From: Mesotaenium endlicherianum
Lineage: Eukaryota
NCBI GenBank assembly: GCA_009602735.1
Contig: WELA01000374.1
Location: 1 to 64,000, forward strand
Length of the DNA: 64,000 nucleotides
Reading direction: 5' to 3'
The notes beneath the pieces were generated by a model. It was not told where the DNA came from. It did no database searches and saw only the letters and a list, made by a program, of their open reading frames with translations. Positions 1 through 11,247 of the stretch are shown here, one piece after another. A program made the translations under genes and the position numbers. The first letter of the stretch is position 1; each line of letters opens with the position of its first letter.

Positions 1-317
1 TAACAGTCGTTTCCGTTGACACGGGAAGGTGACAGGAGGTCCTGTCTCCATATAAGTTGGAGGGAGATGTGACAGTTGTGACAGGTAGCCCACCTTTAAA
101 TTTAAGTTGGAGGGAGTGGTAGTCTCCGATCACCATATTACCTACTCAACCTGCGCTCACACTTTCTTGCTCTCCAACTCAATTTTTCCTTATATTCGCT
201 CACACCAGGTATTCCACTCTTGGAACTCTCCCGATCGCGTCCCTCTTCATCAAGGGCACTCAATAACGGCAAAATATCATGACTTCACTAATCGCATTGT
301 GTTTATGATTGAGCAGG

Positions 318-1985
318 ATGACTCAAAAGTCGGAACTCAATAGGAAGAGAAGGGCGGAAGAGGCACATGCAAAATACTTGCAGTTCCGTGGAGACATTGA
401 ATCATCTTCCATCACCGCTCGGGAATCACAACGACTCCAACAACAGCGGGAGGCATTGAAGAAGAAGGAGGAGGAGGAACAGGCCAGACTGAGGCAGGAA
501 GAAATGGACAGAAAAGCTGCAGAGGAGGCTAAGAAAGCAGAGGAGGAGAGGCAAGCTGAGGAGAAGCGGAAGCAGCAGGCTGAAGAAGAAGAACAGAGGA
601 GAATCAGCAGCTACCGCTACACGGTGCTGGGCAAGGGCTTTGATCTACTGGAGGAGGCCTTCAAGTATGCCCAGAGAAGTCGCAGTGAGTCGCAGAAGGA
701 AATCCTCCAGAAGGAAGGGGAGACATCCGAAAACTTTGACAAGTATATAGAGGTCGGCACAGGGCTCCTCCTCTACCACGATTACGCCAGGATGGTAGGA
801 TATACCATCGGAGAGGCCAAGGCAATGGCCCAGGTGAACGAAGCAGGAGCTGTCTCGATTCCTGGTATCTGGGGGGCAGATAGGGTCATCAGGATGATCC
901 CCATGGACGCGGACAGCTTCAAGGACTCAACACCCCACAACAGGTTCAAGGCCATGTACAATGAGGTGGAGAGGAGGAGCTGGGAATTCTTGGCCAGAGA
1001 AACCAGTCAGCTGGACTTTGCAGGGCACTGGTACCCTTGTACTCTCAAAAAGACAGACGCTGCCTTCTTCCAAAAGCCCACTGATTGGCGGTGGATGACC
1101 ATCAACATGAGGGACCAGCAGAATGACAGGGCGACGGATGAGGATTTCCTGACAGACCTAAACGGGAACATAGTATTGCCCCCTCACATTGCGGCTTGGG
1201 ACCCAAGATTGGATGGAGTCAGAGACTGCATGAGCCAAGAGATGCAGGGGGACAGAAGCAGGGCCCGAGAGTCATTCTCCAAAGGGAAGCACGCTTATGC
1301 CAAATGGGCAAGTAAGCAGGGGGAAAAGGACCTCTATGCGGTCCGGACTCAGCAGCCCCCACCAGCACCCAAAAGGGGAAGGTCAGTAGGATATTCTTTT
1401 TCTCGGGAAGAGCTGGAGCAGCGGACAGAGGAGACCCCAGAAGTCTCAGAGGAACCCGGGGACGGCGAGGAGGCGGAGTCGGAGGAAGACGAGGAGGAAG
1501 GCGAGGAGGAGGACACTAGCCCCGCCGTGATCCTGACACCTGCCACATCCCCTGTAAGGGAGAAGACGGGGTGGGCCCCGCCGCAACTCGCTCAAGAGGA
1601 GGATATCACTTGGCTGGGGACTGCCAGAGGACAGAGCCCATCTCCAGGCAAGGAGACCCAGTCGGACAGGGCAGACAGGAGGGCTGCTCGGGAGATAGCC
1701 AGAGGCCTGCCAGCATCTCCCTCGCAGAGAGGGCATGTACCCTTGGCTCATGTCATGCAACATCCTTCCGGGATGCCGGTATACGTACCTGTCAGTTTGA
1801 GGGCTGCCCAGGAGAAGGCTGCCTCCCTTCAGTTTCAGACTGTGCAGGAGGAAACAGCCCAGTTACTGCGTTCTCCGCCGGGTCCTTACACGGAACCCCC
1901 TTCTCTGACAGGCTTCAAAAGACCCCAAGACAGGAGGAGGTCTGGCTCCCCTGAGCATAGGGCCTCAGGGATATCTCCCTCCTAA
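318..1985 (+). CDS. Family X accessory ORF3, type a, intact (~555 aa): N-terminal charged coiled coil, Trp-rich central domain, acidic and Ser/Pro/Arg-rich tail; function unknown
   Basis: Long open frame; first ATG at 318. Homologues at 37230-38902, 53088-54740 and a divergent one at 59858-61534. Confidence 0.85.
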   Translation: MTQKSELNRKRRAEEAHAKYLQFRGDIESSSITARESQRLQQQREALKKKEEEEQARLRQEEMDRKAAEEAKKAEEERQAEEKRKQQAEEEEQRRISSYRYTVLGKGFDLLEEAFKYAQRSRSESQKEILQKEGETSENFDKYIEVGTGLLLYHDYARMVGYTIGEAKAMAQVNEAGAVSIPGIWGADRVIRMIPMDADSFKDSTPHNRFKAMYNEVERRSWEFLARETSQLDFAGHWYPCTLKKTDAAFFQKPTDWRWMTINMRDQQNDRATDEDFLTDLNGNIVLPPHIAAWDPRLDGVRDCMSQEMQGDRSRARESFSKGKHAYAKWASKQGEKDLYAVRTQQPPPAPKRGRSVGYSFSREELEQRTEETPEVSEEPGDGEEAESEEDEEEGEEEDTSPAVILTPATSPVREKTGWAPPQLAQEEDITWLGTARGQSPSPGKETQSDRADRRAAREIARGLPASPSQRGHVPLAHVMQHPSGMPVYVPVSLRAAQEKAASLQFQTVQEETAQLLRSPPGPYTEPPSLTGFKRPQDRRRSGSPEHRASGISPS

Positions 1986-2070
1986 GGGCAGCAGGCTGGG
2001 GATAAGAGGGACAGCACGCTGTTACTAGTGATAGTGTTGTCGAGGCGACAACATGATAAGTTGGAGGGAT

Positions 2071-2791
2071 TGTAATGAATCAGTATACTGGTTGATATAA
2101 TATTCATTTAAATAATATAGTTAAATAAGTTCAGCCTGCTGAACTCTAGTTAACAATCAGTCTGCTGGACTTTATACTTAATATCAGTTTAATGACTTGG
2201 CCGGAAGTAGCAGGCTGAGGTCACCTTAAGTCAGCTTGCTGACACATTCTTTGACAGCCAGCTGACTTCCGTACTCGGTAGCAGCGAACTGCCTCGATAT
2301 GCATCTAAGTGTGGTATGCTAGATGAATGGCCAGATGACATCCCTATGATGGATGGCGATTCGGGATGATGGGAGATGGCGGTGGATTTGGTTAACCGAG
2401 GTCCTACCAACGTGGTTAACTCCCGGGTAGGCGGTGCCATCGCACTGACCGTTGAACAGTAAACTCATTCCATGTACATACGCTAGACATTGCTCTCGAG
2501 TTCGGCATTCGGAAACGAGGCCAACTCTCCTGTACAGCTTACTGAGAGAGATCTGAATCCAAGGCGAGAAGCCATTGATACGCACTGTCTTCTAACCTTG
2601 CTTATGTATGAGTTTACTGATTTGCGTTATTGATGCTAGTTTACTCGCATTTGACTTACGAGTATTATTCACTGCTAGTGTATTGTCCTTTGCCGTTTAA
2701 CCAGCTAACGGAAATTGCCATAAAGATTACTTGTTGATATAAAGATCTTTATAAATTGTTAATCGCTTATTTGGTAAGTCGATTCATTTCA
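2071..2791 (+). repeat. Family X LTR (3' LTR of copy 1), 721 bp
   Basis: Termini TGTAATGAATC...GATTCATTTCA (11-bp inverted repeat, 1 mismatch), preceded by the PPT. Seven more copies in the window. Confidence 0.95.
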
Positions 2792-2843
2792 CGAAGCAAC
2801 CTCAACAGCAGGAAAAAAGAGGACGCCAGTAAGTCGTTCTGGG

Positions 2844-5800
2844 GTGTCTACTGGCGTGAAGACGAGAACTCACAAGGAGGTTATCCCCAGGAGCCTGCCG
2901 AGATGCAAAGGACGAGACGTTGACAAGCCTATCATCGTGGAAGGAGTAGTCGACGGCAACAAGGCGAAGTGTATGGTCGACAGTGGCGCAAGTGCAAACT
3001 TTGTGCACAAGAAGCTGGTGAAAAAGTGGCGAATCCCTGTGCAGATTAATTATGAGTCTAAGGAGGCAATTTTGGCGAATGGGCAGAAGAATTATGAGTC
3101 TAAGGAGGCAATTTTGGCGAATGGGCAGAGACTCAAGTGTGGTGCACCTACGGAAGCTATTCACGTGGAAGTAGCGGGGCACCGGAGTAAGAAAGTTATG
3201 GAGCAGGCAGATTTGGGTCACCATGAGGTGATATTGGGCCGACCATGGCTGAGGAAAGCCAACCCACAAGTGCACTGGAGCACAGGACAAGTGAAAGTCC
3301 AAGGGCGTGATGGTCGAATGGAGACAGCGAAACAGGTGGAGGTAGATACGACCACAAGTAACTGTCTTCTGTCGAGCCTGCAAGTTAAGAAGCTATGCAG
3401 GGCAAATCAGGTGAAGGAGATGTACCTTGTTTCGGTGGCCCTGGCCAGGTCATCAGATGGAGCAAGCGTGAATCCTAACAGCCTGGGCGAATGTACATCG
3501 CCGGAGGAGCAAGTAGTGGTGTCTGATCCCCTTGCTCAGAAGGAGCAGAGCCCAACTGCTCAAGAGAAGAAGCCTGCTGAGATGCCTGCCCAAATTAAGG
3601 CGCTGTTGGAGGAGTTCAAGTGCGTATTTCCTGAGGAACTACCTGCAGGATTACCTCCACAGAGAGCTATGGAGCACAAGATTGAGTTGGAACCAGGAAG
3701 CAAGCCACCGGTGAGACCCGCCTATCGCCAATCGTTTGTGGAGTTGGATGAGTTGAAGAAGCAGCTGACAGAGTTGTTGGAGAAGGGATTCATCCGACCC
3801 AGCGAGTCTCCATTTGCAGCGCCAGTCTTATTTGTGAAGAAGAAGGATGGGACTATGAGGATGTGTGTCGACTACCGGGCTCTCAACAAGGTCACCATCA
3901 AGAACAGGTACCCACTTCCACGAGTGGACGAGTTGATTGACAGGCTTGTCGGGGCAAAGTATTTCTCGAAGATCGATTTGAGGAGTGGCTATCACCAGGT
4001 ACGGATTGCGGAAGGAGACGTTCAGAAGACTGCTTTCAGAACTCGCTATGGTTTGTTTGAGTTCACAGTCATGCCTTTTGGATTGACCAATGCACCTGCT
4101 ACATTTATGGGACTCATGAATAGTATCTTCAGACCCTATTTGGACCAGTTTGTGGTTGTATTTTTGGACGACATCCTGATCTATTCGAAGACCTTGGAAG
4201 AGCATGTGGAGCATCTGAGGAAGGTGTTGGAGGTCTTGAGAGATCAGAAGTTATATGGGAAGATGAGCAAGTGCGACTTCTGTCTCAAGGAGGTCGAGTT
4301 TCTTGGACACATAGTGGGAGCTGAAGGAGTCAAGGTGGAGCAGAAGAAGGTGCAAGCAGTCAGAGATTGGCCGGTACCTGCTGATATTCATCAACTCAGG
4401 AGTAGGCATGGCGAATTATTATCGACGTTTCATTGAAGGATTTGCCAAGGTATGTGCACCGCTCACGGACATGTTGAAGAAGCAGGAGAAGTGGCTATGG
4501 GGTGACAAGGAGCAGCAAGTATTTGAGAAGATTAAAGAGCTATTGACACAGGCACCTTTGTTGGCAATTGCAAGTCCAGAGCTTCCTTTCACCATCATCA
4601 CGGAAGCATCAAACTTTGCAGTGGGAGCCATTCTTCTCCAGGACCAGGGCAAAGGATTGCAGCCTGTGGCATATGAGAGCAGAAAGTTGAGTCCTGCGGA
4701 GCAAAACTATGCAGCACACGAGCGAGAGATGTTGGCTATTATCCAGGTTTTGAGGATTTGGCGATGTTATGTGGACGGCCGGAAGGTGTTTATCAAGACC
4801 GACCACAAGAGCTTGGAGAAGTTTATGACGCAGCCAACGTTGACACCAAGACAAGCAAGGTGGATGGAGTTTCTGCAACAGTTCGACCACAAGATTGAGT
4901 ACTTACCTGGGAAGATCAACCCAGCAGACGCTCTATCCAGGAGGTATGACCTTGCAGCTGTTTCGGTCATTAAGGAGAATATGGACTTCAAGAAGAAGCT
5001 TCAGAGAGGTTATGGGGAGGACCCAGAGTTTGCTGATGGTGGAGCAGCTGAGTCCAACTCGAGTATGCAGAAGAAAGACGGCATATGGTATTATGGTGAT
5101 TCCAAGAGAGTGGTGGTACCTGACATCAAGGAGCTACGAGACTTACTACTTGCGGAGCATCATGACTGCTTATATGCTGGACACTTTGGAAGCGAGAAGA
5201 CGGCAAGCGTGCTGAAGCGGGAATACTACTGGAGAAATATGGACAAGGACATCGAGGAGTGGATCAGGAGTTGCGATGCGTGCCAGAGAAACAAGACACC
5301 AAATCAAAAGAAGGGAGGTACATTGCAGCCCCTGCCTACTCCAGAGTATCCCTGGGAGCAGATTGCTATGGACTTCATCACATCGTTACCAGTCAGTGGT
5401 CAAGGGCACGATGCAGTATGGGTTGTGTCTGACAGACTCAGCAAGATGGCTTACTTCAATCCCATGAAGGAGACTTCTACGGCAGCAGATGTGGCACGGC
5501 TATTCTTTGATCATATTTTCAGGCTACATGGGTTGCCGAAGGTGATTGTTTCAGATCGGGATCCAAGGTTTACTAGCAACTTTTGGCGGTCATTGTTTAC
5601 TTTGATGGGGACCAAGCTGAGTATGAGCACTTCCTATCACCCTCAGACAGACGGGCAGAGTGAGAGGCTCAACAGAACTCTGCAAGAGGTGCTCAGGAGT
5701 TTCACTATGGAGGACCCTTCAGAGTGGGACAAGAAGCTGCCAGGATTGGAGTTTGCCTACAACAACAGCATGCAGGGATCCACCAAGCAGTCACCATTCG

Positions 5801-6466
5801 CTATGGTTTATGGGCGAGAAGTATATCATCCAGGGAACATCTTGTTGGAGAAGGCCAAGGAGAGTCAAGTTCCTACTACAAGCTTTTATAGAGCAGATGG
5901 CCAACACTTGGCACATGGCGAAGACGTGTATTCGGAAGGCACAGGAAGAGCAGGTCAAGCATGTTAACAAGCACAGGAGGGAAGTGACATTCCATGTGGG
6001 CGACAAAGTACTCTTGTCCACAGAGAACCTACCTTTCACAGGCAAGAGGAAACTGCGGGCACGGTTTACAGGTCCCTTTGTAGTGCTCAAGCAGGTGAAT
6101 CCAGTGACCTACAAGTTGGAACTTCCTTCAGGCTGGCGTATCCATGATGTGTTCCATGTCAGTTGTTTGCGGCCATACGTTGACCCGAATGAAGGACATC
6201 CAGGACGACTACCTACACCGCCACCACCGGTCGAGATCGATGATGTATTGGAGTATGAAGTGGAGGCGATTGTCGGCGATCGACGAGTCAAGCGAGGTCA
6301 ACGATTTGTCCAAGAGTATCTGGTCAAGTGGAAAGGCTACCATGCGGACGACAACACTTGGGAGCCAGAGGCCAACTTGACTCATTGTAAGAGTAAGTTG
6401 AGACGTTATCTGCAGAATGCGTCGAGGACGTCGCATCTTGAGGAGGGGGATGATGTAAGGTCATAG
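2844..6466 (+). pseudogene. pol: Element B pol: aspartic protease, reverse transcriptase, RNase H, integrase, chromodomain; two frameshifts
   Basis: Motifs MVDSGAS (PR), MCVDYRALN / MPFGLTNAP / FLDDIL (RT), AYESRKL (RH), HDCLYAGH...CDAC and IVSDRD (IN), GPF, YEVEAIV...YLVKWKGY...TWEP (chromo). Split over ORFs 2844-4436, 4408-5967 and 5660-6466. Confidence 0.93.
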
Positions 6467-7045
6467 GTTTATAAAGTGCATTTTTGAGTTTCATGAAAGT
6501 ATGTTTTGATTGTATAGTAGTGTAGAGTGCATTTTTGTGGTCATTTTGATATAAAGTTCATTGAATTTGGTCAAGTATTGAGAGGGTTACGGATTTCTGA
6601 AGTTTAATTAGTTTTGAGGTCGGTTGACGACTGTCCTTAATTCGCGGTGAGCGCGACCGTCGGATTGACAGACAGCGTCGAGCGGTCTGGCCCGTTAGAA
6701 TGAATTCGAACCTTCACGTAATTCGGCTGACGCGGAGTGCCGACTAGGTCGATTTACCTAGAAGTTTCGGTTTAGCCTAGCGCGTCTAAGATAGAATATT
6801 CTAGTAATGTCGATGCATGTATGTGGACGTCAAATCGGCCCGACACGTCAGATTAGACTGATCTGGCTTACTCACGAATATTTTGGAAGGGACAATTTGA
6901 CGAACACTTCGGAAATCCGTAGCTTCCTCCTAGGGAGGAGCACTTAGGCAGAAAATTATAAATAGGCATAACTTCTTTGTTTCTTATCAGTTGTCACTTC
7001 TGTAAATTCCTACGGGTTTGTAATGACAAGGCCTTTCATCCTACA
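6454..7045 (+). repeat. Putative 3' LTR of element B
   Basis: Starts TGT right after the PPT, is non-coding, contains TATAAATA near 6957 and ends ...CA. The second copy lies outside the window. Confidence 0.6.
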
Positions 7046-7173
7046 ACAATTGTGAGCAGTTTCTTGCTACTCAAAATGTCAAGTAATTTTCCTAAGCTTT
7101 GTTAGTGATATGCCGCTGCACTCTCTAGTATGATTGCAACTAGTTCCTTTCCTCGTGAGTCACTACGCTTCCA

Positions 7174-8650
7174 CTAGGGCACTCTGCCCCTTTCACTAGC
7201 AGACAATTGCTTAGCATCCGGGTACGGACAATCTCTCTTCTGATGTCCTAATTTCCCGCAATTCCAACAGCCCTGTGCTGTCTCAGCAGTGTTGGCGTGC
7301 TTAGCCAACCTATTGAAAGACCCGCTCTTCCTTTTAAACTGAAAATTAGAGCTATTGGCCTTAGGTTGAAAGGATTCCTCCCTTCTCCCAGGAGCCATAA
7401 GCGTCCTGGACGTCTCCTTGTACCAAACGTTACCTTCCTCGACATTGCGTGCTATTTCAGCAGCCTCGTCAATGTTCCAGTCAATTTCGCGTTTTGCAGA
7501 TAGGTGCGGCCTGACCTCCCGATCTGTGTCTTTACCTAGACACAATAAGAAATTGTCAGCCACAATCCTAGGCTCATAGATTCTTGCCTTCTTGGCAAGG
7601 TCTACCAATCTGGATTTGACCTCCATCACTGTCTCGCTCTTCTGACGGACAAAATGCACATAACGGTGCACCTTAAGACTGCGATCCTCTGGGAATTTTG
7701 CTTCAAGCAATATAAAGAAACGACGCAGACAGTGCTCAGAGTCTAACTGGTCATCCCCAACCTCCATATCCCTACGGCAATTAGCCAATGCTTGCGCATG
7801 GCTTGCTTCCGTGGTGGCACTATCACCATGCTGCCCTGTAAAAGGTGCAGCCTTGCGCGTTACTCGTTCCTGAGCATTAGCAATCTTTTCAGACAATTCT
7901 GCACACACTTTACGCAATTCTGCGACAGACCCAGCATCATCATTTCGAGTAGCCGCTCGCTGCTGACCCTCGGTGAGCTGCTTCATGGCATCTGTTAATT
8001 TTTGTGTTAGTGCAGCTAAGTCTACGCTCTCAACAGGTGTAGCAGGTATCGCTCTTCCTGATCACAAAGTGGACAGGCGGGCTTTCGTAGCCTCTTTCTG
8101 GATTTTTAAATCCCTCGCCTTCTTTTGCTCGTCAAACGCCCATTCCTGGGTAAGGTTCTCATCCTTCCGGAATTGGCGATAAAGCAACAAGGCATCCTTG
8201 TCCAAGTACTGAACCAAGCTTATAAAAGCAATTGACTGAGTGTAAGAAGAATCCTTTGGATTTTCTCAAAGAAGTCAGCCCAATAGATCTCATCAAACTC
8301 TTCGAAAGTGAGACTATTTACCCCGGTTCGTCCACTAAAACACTTTGTAGACAGCTTGAACTTAGAATTTTCATCCTTATCATCACCAGTCATTTCGAAT
8401 GGTGACCAAGACTCACTATCTTTACCCCACACGTCGTGCTCTCTGCCCAAATTGGGTACAAAGGCTCGCTCGTTATACGGATTCTCACCGTTGGTGGCAG
8501 TATGGCGAGACTCGTCTCCCGACGGTTGCTCACTCCACAGGTTATCCGTGCACTCAGATGTCTCACTTCCTCGTGGACTCTGGCTTGAATCAGAACCTTC
8601 CGCAGGCTCCACAGGGTAATAGAGTCTTCCACTCCTCAACCGCATGTACA
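7174..8650 (-). pseudogene. gag: Element C gag relic (retrotransposon Gag with CCHC zinc knuckle), disrupted
   Basis: CWNCGKLGHQKRDC knuckle in ORF 7174-7986; N-terminal MRLRSGR motif in ORF 8220-8714; broken frame between them; truncated by element B. Confidence 0.7.
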
Positions 8651-11247
8651 GTTGAATTTCTCCGGGCCCCCTTCCCGGTTGAGCACCGGCGGCCCTCACA
8701 GGCCTCAATCCCAATTTGCTTGGGAATTTCTGTTCACCTGAACCATAGAACCAGGTTCTCAGAAGTAGGACGGAAGTCTCCTACTTCCACATAGGCTTTA
8801 AGCCTTAAGGTTCTTGAGTTCACAGGTGAGCAAATTGTGGTTTGCAAAAATCACACTCTAAGCAGCTTGACATACAACGTCAGGTTTAGAGAAAATCGCC
8901 CTTCAGGCTTTCGCTTAACTTTCGCAAGTCACAGCTTACAAAACTCTGAAACTGCACGTCTATGCTGGCCTGGGTCAAGCTCTTCACTTAAATCCGCGCC
9001 TTAACAGCTCTTCACCGCCAGGCTGGGCTCACTCAGTTCTTCCACGAGAGCTTTATCTGTCAATACTACTCTCTCTCTTCGAGATGCGAATGCGACTTCT
9101 GAGAACCTGGAAACTAACACACAACTCACCATTTGAAAGCTGCTTCACACACACTTGTGGCGTTCGGCCGAATCTGTGCTAGTCTCCTAGCAGATTCTAT
9201 TCTGCAGTCCTCCTGCTGTCAACAGTGAGATTCCCTCTTGGGAACTCCTACAATCCTAACTTATCTATGATACACTGAGAAGAATCTTCAGCGTCGGCAG
9301 AAGCGTGGGGCCTCGGCCCTCCAATGGCCTTGGAAACTCGTTCTTCTTCTTCGCGCCCTTCTTCTCCTTCCTTCTGCTTCCTCTGCTTCTTGGCAAAAGT
9401 GTGTGAGAGTGAATGACATGTCTCAGGCAAGGTTCGTGGCTTTCGCAGGCACCACACAGCGTCATCCTTCGAGAATGCCGTGCTTAGTCACAAAGCTTAG
9501 CTGCATGTCGCTTCTTCCTAGCCATGCTCAACTCAAACTCGTAGTCACTCAGCATGCATGCACACCTCGTGACTGTCGCGCGTGGCTGCTTAGCTTCTCA
9601 GTTGGCAGTCACGCCTAATTGGCTCATGGATAAGAACTCCTGCACGGTGTGTACAAGCAAATGCCACTTGCTCAAGATTCCCACTCGGGCGGCCGTAATC
9701 TATTTTGGCATTGCGGCCATGACCTGGCTTAATCTGCCAGTCAAACAGTACTGGGCTTGGTACCTGCTGGGCGGCTCATCACTGATCCCCAGCTTCTAGT
9801 CTCACGGTTGTCTATGCTGTCAAAACCTCCCCCATTCCTGGGTGTGGGGCACATTGACATTGACCCCTTGCCAGTGGTCTTTATGCTGACATAACCGCTG
9901 ACTGCGACGAAATCAGTCAAGTGGTCGGTGAGTCAACGTTGACTTTCCGTACCTGGGTGGCCGTAGCTTGCGCTGCGCGTGCCGCGTCAAACGGATAGTA
10001 GTCGCGACATCTGTGATATATCCGACCACATATTACGTGATAATTGTCAATATAATACAACTATTTACGCTTTTGTCGAGGTTGTTGAGCCAAACCTTAG
10101 TTGTCCGCATTCATAGAACTGCACTGCGTCGGAATTGACCACTGCGCTAGAAATCGATGAGGCGGGGATTTCGGCGACGTACTTGCAAAGTTTGCGAAAA
10201 CACTCAATATTTTGGAAACGTTGTGACAGTTAGCACACCATGTTGGACGCTGGTTGAGGAACGTGCGGCACCATGCGGCACAGTACGCCACGAGCTGGAA
10301 GTGGGCAGGAATACGCCCGTCCCTGAAAATCGTGAAAAGAGCGTTTTTCAAGTCTTCCGAATCGGGGTTTTCCCGATTTGGTAAAATGGTTATTTCAGCA
10401 TAATAGCGATTTAGATCGCGAGGATGGGTTGCTAGGCTAGAGGGCCGGAGACCTACCAATTGCTGAACATGAAGATGTTCACGCTGGTCTTCCCGAATGA
10501 AGTAGGTGCAAACTTTGAAGTACAATAGATGCGAAGGTACAACCTTTGGGCCCTCTTCTATGCATCTAAGGGGTTGGTGGAAGAGTGTAAAAGACGGTGC
10601 GAGGAGTCGTTCGGCACTCTTTTGAGCTAGAGATCTCGAGGACACGGAGCTTAAATGCAGGAAATGAAGTAAGTGAGATTGCTGCACCCGTAGCATTACA
10701 CTCCCGTTCTCGCTAGGCCCGGTGCTATGCACCAATATTTTAACTTCATTTCACTAGATGTGCAAAAAAAAAAAGCTCCAATGCATAGTGTGCTTGGTTA
10801 GTTTGACCACTTGCGACCAAACGCAGCAAATTTGCACGCAGCTATCTAGCTCTGCTCTCCTTTGGCGTGCCTCAGCTTGAGTATGCGCCTGTGAACATGT
10901 TAACACAAGGCGCCTCTCTCACATAAATGCACCTCGAGAAGGGCATGTGCCAGCTGAGCTGTATAGTGACGTAGAGCATTTACTGCACTGATTGACCTGC
11001 ATTGTCAAACTGCTTGGCACGACTGGCTCAAAATTTGAAAGCCCTCCTCCCAGCCTTTTCTCTTCTACACCCGACCAGAAAAGCGCGCGTTGTGACTTCA
11101 GAAGGTCCATCTGCCTCCTTTTCTTCCTCAAAGGTGCAGCTTCCCGCCCTTTGTGTCCAGAAGCCCGCGTCTAAGGTGCTCAAACCCTTCAGACGTGTCG
11201 CTACTCGTCGTTAAGGTTTCAAGGAAAAGCAGGCTCCGGCAGCCAGG

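Larger units (their letters stand above)
1..2791 (+). mobile_element. Family X Ty3/gypsy chromovirus copy 1, 3' part (post-pol spacer, ORF3, PPT, 3' LTR)
   Basis: Window starts at the pol stop (same sequence follows pol in copies at 39227 and 61802). ORF3 follows, then PPT AAGTTGGAGGGA at 2058-2069 and the LTR at 2071-2791. Inserted into the gag end of element B. Confidence 0.93.
2792..7045 (+). mobile_element. Element B: distinct Ty3/gypsy chromovirus (gag end, frameshifted pol, PPT, putative 3' LTR)
   Basis: PR-RT-RH-IN-chromo order; PPT GAGGAGGGGGA at 6440-6450; putative LTR TGTAAGG (6454) to ...CCTACA (~7045). The right boundary is approximate. Confidence 0.85.

Noticed and set aside
107..343. 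Small ORF overlapping the ORF3 start
   Set aside because: Non-ATG start, length differs between copies, and it is absent from the type b spacer.
318..1985. Calling ORF3 an envelope gene
   Set aside because: Position fits, but there is no signal peptide or hydrophobic transmembrane segment and the protein is highly charged.
2231..2585. Recurrent 69-aa (MAPPTRELTT...) and 88-aa (MRINGFSPW...) antisense ORFs in the LTRs
   Set aside because: They recur only because the LTRs are near-identical; they are broken or altered in some copies (69-aa ORF lost in the 56.5 and 59 kb LTRs) and show no protein motifs.
8720..10010. Possible LTR/PBS of element C
   Set aside because: No convincing PBS or second LTR copy in the window; boundaries could not be fixed.
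10097..10735. 212-aa minus-strand ORF
   Set aside because: No recognisable motif, non-ATG start and no second copy; cannot be supported as a gene.
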